Assembly (NCBI GenBank): GCA_963827235.1
Contig: CAWHAE010000017.1
Span: 128,001 to 192,000, forward strand
Length of the DNA stretch: 64,000 nucleotides
Direction of reading: 5' to 3'
From: an uncultured bacterium
Lineage (GTDB): Bacteria; Chloroflexota; UBA5177; JANWHV01
The translations under genes and the position numbers were made by a program. Each line of letters starts with the position of its first letter. Position 1 is the stretch's first letter. The notes below the pieces were generated by a model that was given only the letters and a program-made list of their open reading frames with translations, was not told where the DNA came from and ran no database searches. Positions 51,357 to 59,451 of this stretch are shown piece after piece.

Positions 51357-52439
51357 CTATGCTTCGGGAAACAGGAGCACGCTGCGGAGGCCGTGACCCG
51401 ATTGCATTGCCTCGAACTCGCGGTTGATCTCTTCGAGCGATGTCAGCGTGCGCGACAGAAGCGGAGCGAGCTGGATCTTTCCGTCCATCGCCCAGCGAGC
51501 CAGCAGCGGAAAGTGTTCGGCGGGGCGGCACGAGCCGTAGATACAGCCTCGGATGGTTTGCTGGCGGCTCATGAAGCGGCGGGGAGCGAAAGCCAATTGC
51601 GCGTCGCGCGCGGCGGCACCAAGCAACACCAGCGTGCCGCCCGGAGCCAGGGCGTCGAGCGCTTGTCGCATCACCCCGGGATGCCCAACAACCTCAAACG
51701 CCATGTCTACTCCGCGGTCGTCTGTTCGCTCCCGGATCGCGTCGACCACGGAGTCATCCGCGATTAGTCCCTCGGTAGCACCCAATCGCAACGCCAGATC
51801 CACTTTCGCGGGAATGCGATCGATCGCGATAATACTGCCGGCTTGTGCCAGCGAGACGCCCTGCACCACGTTCATGCCGACACCTCCCAGGCCAAACACG
51901 GCGACAGCCATACCCAATTCAACTCGAGCATCGAACAGGGCTGCACCAACGCCGGTCGCGACCCCGCAGCCGATGAGCGCCGCGTGCGCAGGCGGCAGCC
52001 CCGCTGGTATGGGAATAGCAGCGCCGGCAGGAACCACGACGTAGCGGCAGAAGGTGCCACTCCGCAGGAAGGGAATAACGGCCCGCCCATCGCGCGCGCG
52101 ATGCACGCGAGGCTCGAGTGTGCCGCGGGGCGCTTCGCACCAAGGCTCTCGTCCACGCCGGCAGGCGCGACATGTGCCGCACGGCACCTTCCAGTACAGC
52201 ACAACCGTCGTGCCGGGGGCTGGTGACGTTACGCCAAGTCCCACTTGCTCGACCACGCCGGTTCCTTCATGGCCCAGCACTTGCGGAAACGCGTGCTGGT
52301 CGCGGCTGGCCGTCAGATCGGTGTGGCATAAGCCGGCTGCAAGGATTTTTACCAGTACTTCTCCAGGTCCCGGTGGTGCAACGCGCACATCCTCGACCAC
52401 AACCGGGCCAAGGCGCTCGTTCACGAGTGCGGCAGGCAC
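51357..52439 (-). CDS. Zn-dependent medium-chain alcohol dehydrogenase
   Basis: CHTD, GHEG, CGTCRAC...C, GCG, GLGGVG. Confidence 0.92.
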   Translation of the reverse strand: MPAALVNERLGPVVVEDVRVAPPGPGEVLVKILAAGLCHTDLTASRDQHAFPQVLGHEGTGVVEQVGLGVTSPAPGTTVVLYWKVPCGTCRACRRGREPWCEAPRGTLEPRVHRARDGRAVIPFLRSGTFCRYVVVPAGAAIPIPAGLPPAHAALIGCGVATGVGAALFDARVELGMAVAVFGLGGVGMNVVQGVSLAQAGSIIAIDRIPAKVDLALRLGATEGLIADDSVVDAIRERTDDRGVDMAFEVVGHPGVMRQALDALAPGGTLVLLGAAARDAQLAFAPRRFMSRQQTIRGCIYGSCRPAEHFPLLARWAMDGKIQLAPLLSRTLTSLEEINREFEAMQSGHGLRSVLLFPEA

Positions 52440-52464
52440 GTAGTAGGACGACGTTGTCGCGCTC

Positions 52465-53241
52465 CTATTCTTGCGGTGACTGGATCATGCCTACGACTCG
52501 TCCTCCGAGGCTCAGGCTCATACGATAGGAATATCGGTCAGCTCTGTAGAGGGCGATCACGTGCTCTACCGGCCGGCCGTCCGCGCTTATGGTCACCCTG
52601 TCCACCCGAAGCAACGGTCCGTTGCGCTGGTAAGCAAGCGCCTTGGCCTGTTCCATCGTCGCGACTGTGGCTTCTATGATCTGATCGGCATCGACGACTT
52701 TGATGCCCCTTTGGTTGAGCAGTTGGTGCATCGAGCCGGTGTAGTCCAGGTCGGGCGTCAGGCCGCACCATTCGGCCAGGTGCGCGTACATCAGCGCAAC
52801 CGGCTGCTCGCTGGCCAGTCGAAGCCGGTCCAGCCTCAGGGTCTGTGCGCCCTCACAAACACCCAGGCGCTGGGCCACGTTGGCATCTGCAGGCTCATAC
52901 TCCGCCCGCAAGACCTCGGCTCTCGGCACTAGTCCATGCTCGCCCACCTCGGTCGTAAAGCTGACCAGTTCGGGCAGGTGCTCTTGCAGCCGGAGGGCGG
53001 TCACAAAGGTCCCGCGCGGCCTCTGGAGCCGGACTAGGCCCTTGCCGGCGAGCTCGCGTACGGCTTGCCGCACCGTGGCACGGCTGACGCCAAACAGATG
53101 CTGGAGCTCGTCCTCCGTCGGAATGGCGTCACCGGGCTTCAGATCGCCGCGCTGGATGTGCAGCCGCAAGGCCTCGGCGATCTGGTAGTAGAGTGGCATT
53201 GGCGTGGAGCGATCAAGCGGTGGAGCGCTGAACTTCGCCAT
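52465..53241 (-). CDS. GntR family regulator (HutC/UTRA subfamily)
   Basis: PLYYQIAEAL, FGVSRATVRQA, GTFV, and UTRA end YRADRY. Confidence 0.92.
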   Translation of the reverse strand: MAKFSAPPLDRSTPMPLYYQIAEALRLHIQRGDLKPGDAIPTEDELQHLFGVSRATVRQAVRELAGKGLVRLQRPRGTFVTALRLQEHLPELVSFTTEVGEHGLVPRAEVLRAEYEPADANVAQRLGVCEGAQTLRLDRLRLASEQPVALMYAHLAEWCGLTPDLDYTGSMHQLLNQRGIKVVDADQIIEATVATMEQAKALAYQRNGPLLRVDRVTISADGRPVEHVIALYRADRYSYRMSLSLGGRVVGMIQSPQE

Positions 53242-54191
53242 CAAGGATTCCTAGTTGAATGATGGACCAGCAGCTCGTAGGCCCTTTCCGCAGCGTCTCT
53301 TGCTTGCTGATAGTTGCCGCGCCAGAATTGGTCCAGGCAGTACAGATACGGTTCGTTCACCAACGATCTTGCCTGGGACCTGGGCATTGTCGCCCTATCG
53401 CGTCGGACCAGCTCGAGTAGCCTCACCTGCAACGCCAGCACGCCGAGGTGCGCACTTCGTGCTTCAGGTGATATCGCGTGGCATGTGCGCCTCCCGAGTT
53501 CCGCAAGCCTGTCGACGATGACCGCAGCCAGCGTCTGACCACGCTCTGCCGATGCACCGATGCGCGGATCCTCGCCCGTGACGCCAAGGAGCGGCCCCTC
53601 AGCAGGCAGGCGATCTGCATGCACCATATCTGGTAGCAACGCCAGCATCAGCGACGTTTCCCAGGCTCCAGCGTGGTCTCCGCCGTGGAACCCCATGTCG
53701 ACGGTCAGCTCAAATTCGGGAAGCGCCCAGACCGTGAGGCTACTCCGGTGCATGACGTGCAAGGCCGCGCGCTTTAGCGCTGTGTAGTGGTCGATGCCGT
53801 AGTGGCAGGCCAGCACAACTGCACCGCGACAGCCAATCTGGCCAAGCTGTTCGAGGATGCTGACAAAGAGCCGCTCCACAATCTCCGGCTCGATGCGCGT
53901 GGTATAGGGAAATGGCACTCCCCCGATAGCCCAGTACGTTGGCGGCACGACCACACCGCCGGATTGTCGCGCGGCGCGCTCGCAGAGCTTCTCAGCCAGC
54001 ACCCCATCGAGCCCGAGCGGCAGGTGATGGCAATGCCACTCGAGGGTCCCGGATGGCACCCAAGCGATCGGCGCTGCATCAAGAATAGCGGCCATTTCGG
54101 CGGGAAGCAGCTCAGCGTAACGTCCCCAACCCTGGCCGGCGGTTTCCCCCCGCGTATCGGGGGCAGCGTGGTACGCAGATCGATGAGGCAC
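53241..54191 (-). CDS. Creatininase family amidohydrolase
   Basis: EWHCHHLPLGLD, CHYG, DHAGAWETS. Confidence 0.85.
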   Translation of the reverse strand: MPHRSAYHAAPDTRGETAGQGWGRYAELLPAEMAAILDAAPIAWVPSGTLEWHCHHLPLGLDGVLAEKLCERAARQSGGVVVPPTYWAIGGVPFPYTTRIEPEIVERLFVSILEQLGQIGCRGAVVLACHYGIDHYTALKRAALHVMHRSSLTVWALPEFELTVDMGFHGGDHAGAWETSLMLALLPDMVHADRLPAEGPLLGVTGEDPRIGASAERGQTLAAVIVDRLAELGRRTCHAISPEARSAHLGVLALQVRLLELVRRDRATMPRSQARSLVNEPYLYCLDQFWRGNYQQARDAAERAYELLVHHSTRNP

Positions 54192-54405
54192 GCTCGTTCC
54201 AAACGGTCAGGCCATCATACGAATGTAAGCACAATAGTACTGAGCGCTTTGCGGCTCGTCAACTGGCCGGGGGGACCATCCGGTTTGTGCGTCATACTCC
54301 TGCCTCAGCCGGTGTGGCTCGCGCTTGGCCATGGAGTACTGAGCGGCGCACCGCCGCGTGCGACGAGTGTGGAAAGCCCGTGTGCTTATCCGGCCGATTG
54401 ACTTG

Positions 54406-55680
54406 CTACACCATAGGATAGTCGCGATAGTCGTTGACGGCATCAAACAGGGCCAGCAAGTTATCGACGGGAATGGCAGCCTGCACGTTATGGACTGGGT
54501 TGAATACGAAGCCACCTCCAGCACCGAAAATGCGCATCCGTGCTTTGACCATGTCTCGGATCTCCGCCGGCGTGCCAAAGGGTAAGACTCTCTGAGTATC
54601 GACGCCACCGCCCCAGAAGGTGATGCGACTGCCGTATCTCTGCTTCAGGGCAACAGGGTCCATCTCGGCTGCAGAGGTCTGCACGGGGTTGAAGATATCA
54701 AAGCCGCTGTCGATCAGATCGTCCATGAGCCGCCAGATCGAGCCGCAGCTGTGTATGAACGTCCGCCAGTGCGTATGTGCGTGGATCCAGCCGTTGACGC
54801 GACGGTAGAACGGCTGAAAGAGCTGGCGGTAGGTCTTGGGCGAGACGAAGGGACCATGCTGTGCCCCGAAGTCAGTACCTGAGATGAAGACGGCGCTGAC
54901 CCGATCGCCCACTACCCCATAGATGCGCGCTAGGTTCTGTAGCGCGATCTCGCACTGGCGATCGAAGAGCTCGTAAACATAGTCTTTGCGCGCGCTCAAG
55001 CTGACGTACCACTCCTCGATGCCTCGAATTCCCTTCGGATGCTTGAGGCCCATGCCGGGCACGAGTGCCGCGTCGCCGAAGCCCGTACCTCCAAAGCTTC
55101 CGACGATGGCCCGGTCGCTAGCAGCAAGGCGCGCGACCTGGGCTTCCAGGTATGCGAGCGTGTCCGCGGTGAGGTGGCCGAATTCTTCCAGGTTGTCTTC
55201 GACACGCAGATGGTCGTCGTCTACCGGTTGCTGCCGGTCGATGGCATCGAAGTAGTAGCCACCACGGGGCATGCGCGCACAGGCGGGTACGGATTTGTCG
55301 CTCTGCGGGTACATCAGGACGTCGCCGTTGGGTTCAGCTTCAGTGTTGAAGCCGCCGGGCACGAGGACGGGGGTGCCCGCGAACGTTGTCCATGGCTTCC
55401 AGTCTTGGTTCTTGAAGCCAAAGCGCGTAGTGGGCATATGCAGGCGGACCACATCCACGCCAAGCGCCTCCTGCAAGTCCGGCGTGACCTCGCCTAGCAG
55501 CATGTACGGTTCGATCACCCTGACCGGGGTGCCGGGCGGATCGAGACGCAGCGCCTGCCGGAGCAGATAGAGCGAGTCGACGTGTATGCCCGTGGCATTG
55601 GTGCCTCCCAGGTCTAGCGGCACGCGGTCCGCTTCTTGGTGCTGCAATGCCAGTTCCACGCGTGTGCGCGACGTGACCAT
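54406..55680 (-). CDS. Uroporphyrinogen decarboxylase/MtaA-CmuA superfamily protein
   Basis: TSRTRV...DRVPLD, GTDFGAQHG, HSCG, FWGGGVDTQ, GGFVFNPVHNVQ. Confidence 0.88.
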   Translation of the reverse strand: MVTSRTRVELALQHQEADRVPLDLGGTNATGIHVDSLYLLRQALRLDPPGTPVRVIEPYMLLGEVTPDLQEALGVDVVRLHMPTTRFGFKNQDWKPWTTFAGTPVLVPGGFNTEAEPNGDVLMYPQSDKSVPACARMPRGGYYFDAIDRQQPVDDDHLRVEDNLEEFGHLTADTLAYLEAQVARLAASDRAIVGSFGGTGFGDAALVPGMGLKHPKGIRGIEEWYVSLSARKDYVYELFDRQCEIALQNLARIYGVVGDRVSAVFISGTDFGAQHGPFVSPKTYRQLFQPFYRRVNGWIHAHTHWRTFIHSCGSIWRLMDDLIDSGFDIFNPVQTSAAEMDPVALKQRYGSRITFWGGGVDTQRVLPFGTPAEIRDMVKARMRIFGAGGGFVFNPVHNVQAAIPVDNLLALFDAVNDYRDYPMV

Positions 55681-55957
55681 AATAGGGCCTTCCTTTCAAT
55701 CTCGCGTACGCAGCCACTCGCCTAGCTGCTCCATGACTCCATCACGTGCGCAGAGGCCGCTCTCGCGGGGGACCTTGCCCTTTCGGAGGTCGGCACAAGC
55801 TTATCCAGTGGAAGGTGCTCTATAGGCACGACAAAGTCGGCACCCACGCTACCGGCAGGTCTGACAGGTTGTCCTTCCGCCGGAGTCCCTGGTTCCATGC
55901 CGGCCCATAACATCATATCGTACGTACGTTACTGCTTGAGCGAGGACACTGCAACAT

Positions 55958-56274
55958 GCATGCTCTCGCACCGTCTGCTCTCGCTGGCCATAGAGCAAGA
56001 GGCACGAGGGGTCAGCGATACCCAGCTGCGCGGCGATGCGGAGCACGACGGCCGGGGGAACAGCGATAGGATCGGTCAGGAACGTGCCCAGGTAGCGCAC
56101 GGTGCACAGTTGCACTCCGAAACCGAGCCGGTTGTGCGCGCCACGACGCTGGCCAATGAGCCCAAGGTCGAAGTCATTCAGGTAGAAACAGCGCGCGAGA
56201 TCGGTTGCCGACGGTTCTCTGGTGTAGCAGCCATAGCGACGTTCTTGCTCGGCGGTAAGAAAATCAACCGGCAT
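55958..56274 (-). pseudogene. tnpA: Tn3-family transposase N-terminal (DUF4158) remnant
   Basis: MPVDFLTAEQERRYG...RRGAHNRLGFGVQLCTVRYLGTFL...REQTVREHA, after which similarity is lost. Confidence 0.88.
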
Positions 56275-56312
56275 GGATGCAGCAGTCTCATCCTCTCGCA
56301 GGTGAGTAATGC

Positions 56313-56406
56313 TGCTAGAATAAACGTTATCGCAAGAATCTCGCTAGACGTTCTCCGGATAACCCAGCGAGAGATCGGGGTCAAATCTTATCGTTATCAC
56401 AAGAAT
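56313..56406. promoter_or_regulatory. Putative tyrosine-recombinase resolution site between the divergent tnpA and recombinase genes
   Basis: Core TGCTAGAA-N6-TTATCGCA (56313-56334); direct repeats CGTTATCRCAAGAAT at 56325 and 56392; inverted partial copy at 56351-56363. Confidence 0.6.
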
Positions 56407-56418
56407 GGGCGGTGTTCG

Positions 56419-57315
56419 ATGATCATCGCGCACCCGCGAGCCCAGGATCACACGCTCCAAGGGCTCATCACTGCCTTTCTCGCCGAGCTGGAACGCGTGA
56501 ATCGCTCACCGCACACGCGACGTGCCTATGCCTCGGATCTGGCGCGCTTCGCTTCCTTCTATATGGGCCCAGCAGACGGCATCACCGCCGACGTGCTCCG
56601 TGCTTTCTTTGCCACGTTGGCGGACTTGCAGCCGGCGACGCGTGCACGGAAGCAGGCAGCGTTGGCCAGCTTTCTCACCTGGGCGTATCAAGCGGATCTG
56701 ATTGACGCCACGCCCATGGCGCGGGTCACGCGGGTCAAGCTCCACCCACCCGATCCGCGTGGCATCGACCCTCGCCAGGTTCAGGCTATCCTCGCAGCGA
56801 TTCCCGCGCAGCAGCGCCGCGATCATCTACTGTTCCACCTAGTCGCCACGACAGGCCTGCGCATCGGCGAGGCGCTCTCGTTGTATGTGGAGGACTTGGA
56901 CCTCACGACGGACGACGAGCACGTTCGGGTGCTCGGCAAAGGGAACCGACCTCGCACGGTCCTGCTTGACGATCCTCGTCTGGTGAAGGAACTGCGCGCG
57001 TATCTGAAACTGAAACGCTATTCCCATGGCCCGCTCTTTCGTGCGGAGAAGAATGGGACCGGCGGACCACCACGCTATCAAGCGATCCAGGTGCGCTGGC
57101 AGCGCTACTGCGCAGCCGCCGACGTTACCTGCACGCTGCATCAATTGCGACATACCCATGCCACGCAGTTGGTCAACGCCGGTGTAAGTCTCGCCACCAT
57201 TCGCAAGCGGCTCGGGCACAAGAACCTGCAAACAACTCTGCGCTATGCGGAACAGACCGACGCCACTGCCGACGCGGAGGTGCGGGCGTGGCGCCGACGA
57301 TTAGTGCGGCAGTGA
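56419..57315 (+). CDS. Tyrosine recombinase (XerC/D-like)
   Basis: SPHTRRAY, TGLRIGE, GKG, HQLRH, LGH, and catalytic Tyr in TTLRY. Confidence 0.93.
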   Translation: MIIAHPRAQDHTLQGLITAFLAELERVNRSPHTRRAYASDLARFASFYMGPADGITADVLRAFFATLADLQPATRARKQAALASFLTWAYQADLIDATPMARVTRVKLHPPDPRGIDPRQVQAILAAIPAQQRRDHLLFHLVATTGLRIGEALSLYVEDLDLTTDDEHVRVLGKGNRPRTVLLDDPRLVKELRAYLKLKRYSHGPLFRAEKNGTGGPPRYQAIQVRWQRYCAAADVTCTLHQLRHTHATQLVNAGVSLATIRKRLGHKNLQTTLRYAEQTDATADAEVRAWRRRLVRQ

Positions 57316-57886
57316 CCCTGAGCACCGTGTCGTAAGGGGATATGGCGATAAGCATATGGATGCAATCGACGTGATTCGCGGCCACATCAACAGCACGCTC
57401 GACAGCAAAGCAGCTACCAATCTCCTGACGCTTGTTCCGCCACACGAATTGTGTTCGACACTTGCTACTTTCCTGCAATCTGGTGACGAAGACGCAATGC
57501 GGGACGCCTGCCTTGTAATCCGCGATGGAGTGATCATGGCCTCGGGGCCGCGCCGAGAGACGCTCTGCCAGAATTCGCTTGACACATGTTTGCACTTAAC
57601 CGTGAGTCGATCTTATCGCGGAGGATTCAGTCGCACACGTGCATTCGTGCGTCGGAGTCGTGACGTCGCACGTGATACCGGCGTCGTTGTCGCGCATCTT
57701 GCAGTACCAGGTAACACTCGTCTGTCTGCCTATCGCCACACACCACGTGCTGCACGGATTCGGTAGAAGGGCCGGGTGCCCATGCAGCGTGGCCTTCCAC
57801 CAACGACCTGTAGAACCTGCTACGCTGCCCGTGGTGCAAGGAGGTACTTGGCGAAGCGGTGTCGTCGCGCGCGGGAAGGTAGACGA

Positions 57887-58360
57887 ATGCCCGAGTACTG
57901 GCTGTACGCGATTCCAACCAAGCCTACTTTCGTGCCGGAGGAGTCGGCGCGGCGGGAGGCGAGAAGCGTCTTTGAGCAGTTCGTCTATCCGCCCAACTTC
58001 GCGCGTGGCTTGCTTCGGCGAATAAAGGACAAGGTGAGCGACGAGGTCGAATTCGTCGACGGTGGCCGGTACCTGGACAAGGTCCTATGCCCACGCTGCG
58101 GCGAGAACGTGAGAGACCCTTGGTGGCTGCAGTGGCTGGGTGAAATGGGCGGCGTGGGCTACCAGGACTTCAGAGCGACCGTCCCGTGCTGCGGCGTAGC
58201 GTATGCCATGAACGATCTAATTTACGACCCGTCTGCAGGCTGGGCTCGCTATTTGCTCGGCGCTTTGTACCCGTCGATTGACTCGCTTACGCTCTCGCAG
58301 CTGGACGAACTCGGCTCCATACTCGGATGCTACATGCGCCAGATCTGGAAGAAGCTCTGA
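57887..58360 (+). CDS. Conserved hypothetical Cys-rich protein (CPRCG...PCCG)
   Basis: IPTKPTFVP, FVDGG...VLCPRCG, PCCG...NDLIYD...GWARY, ILGCYMRQI. Confidence 0.65.
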   Translation: MPEYWLYAIPTKPTFVPEESARREARSVFEQFVYPPNFARGLLRRIKDKVSDEVEFVDGGRYLDKVLCPRCGENVRDPWWLQWLGEMGGVGYQDFRATVPCCGVAYAMNDLIYDPSAGWARYLLGALYPSIDSLTLSQLDELGSILGCYMRQIWKKL

Positions 58361-58473
58361 GCGCTGTGTGTACGAGCCGGCCTACGGCGAACGTGCTTGA
58401 GCTGCTGATACGTGATGGGCGAGTTTAACCCCCGCGCCGCTGCCTAGCACATCGCTTGGCGCGCTCGAAGTTC

Positions 58474-58511
58474 CTTAGCGTGCGTTTTCGTTCCAATGAT
58501 TGTCACAGGTG
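58474..58511 (-). mobile_element. Tn3-family terminal inverted repeat with degenerate outer end
   Basis: Minus strand TGACAATCATTGGAACGAAAACGCACGCTAAG matches 27 of the inner 32 nt of the Tn3 IR as recalled; the terminal GGGG is absent. Confidence 0.8.
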
Positions 58512-59053
58512 AAGATGCACTTGTCTGTGCGCAATACTTGACGAGCTTCCTTCGACACGCGGACACGGTGAAGGTCGCTTGCATCGCCCAGATTGTGAAC
58601 GCGATCTCACCGATCCACACGTGGCGTGACGGGCTATTGTTGCACAGCACCTACTATCCACTGCTGCTTTTCGCTCAACATGCTGAAGGCCATTCTCTCG
58701 TGCCGGTCGTGACCAGCCCGTTTTACCGGGCTGGTGCGCGTGGAGACACGCCGGTGCTGGACGCGGCGGCAAGTTATCTGGCGGACGGGGACACGGCAAG
58801 CGTGTTTCTGGTCAATCGCGACATGCACGAGGAGTTGGATGTCACGGTGCACTTCGCCGACAAGCGGGTGCGAACAGTGATTGGAGTCGACGTGCTAGGC
58901 GGCGGCGACCTGAAGGCGGTGAACACGCGGGATATGCTGCACCACGTAGCACCAGTACGGGGAAGCGCGGTACCAGTCGATGCGGGAGCTGTGAGGGTGC
59001 ACATACCGGCACCAGGTCTTGCCGCGGTCCGACTTGCTCTCGGCACGCTGTAG
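58511..59053 (+). pseudogene. abfA: GH51 alpha-L-arabinofuranosidase, C-terminal remnant
   Basis: EDALVCAQYLTSFLRHADTVKVACIAQIVNAISPI...YYP...FLVNR; begins right at the Tn3 IR. Confidence 0.85.
58536..58634 (+). repeat. 99-bp direct repeat, copy 2
   Basis: Matches 24509-24607 with 4 mismatches. Confidence 0.93.
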
Positions 59054-59451
59054 GAGCAAGGATGCCACCGACTGTTGGCTATTATGTACTGCCAAGCCGG
59101 TGCTACCTAGCAAATCCTGCAGTGAAGCGCGTGTGCTGATAGAGTGATTACTCTGTGCAACTGCGGAGGACGCTGGTTGCTCATGTTGGGGCTGGGAGAG
59201 GGCGCGACTGGGCAACGTGGAGCGCCGCCTCGTGCGGCGAGAGAGCATCTGGTCGGGCAGGTGGGCCAGCCGCGCCGCGAAGCGGTAGCTCAGCGCCTCG
59301 AACGACCGGATCACCTGTACAATGCCACGACCACGCCAGCTAGTTGACCTTCCGCAGCTTCGATCATGGGGTACTTCGGCGCCCGCCGGTACCTATCTCC
59401 CCCTACTGTTTGACAGTCTTGCGAGTCCATCGCTCGTGCTACCATCTACCG

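Noticed and set aside
49916-51427. Long antisense ORFs (also 18046-19476, 26218-27543, 27867-29219, 33556-34812)
   Set aside because: Shadows of well-supported genes on the opposite strand, expected in GC-rich DNA.
55897-56418. Long N-terminal extension of the tyrosine recombinase (472-aa ORF)
   Set aside because: It is the antisense of the tnpA remnant and resolution site; the recombinase domain starts near ATG 56419.
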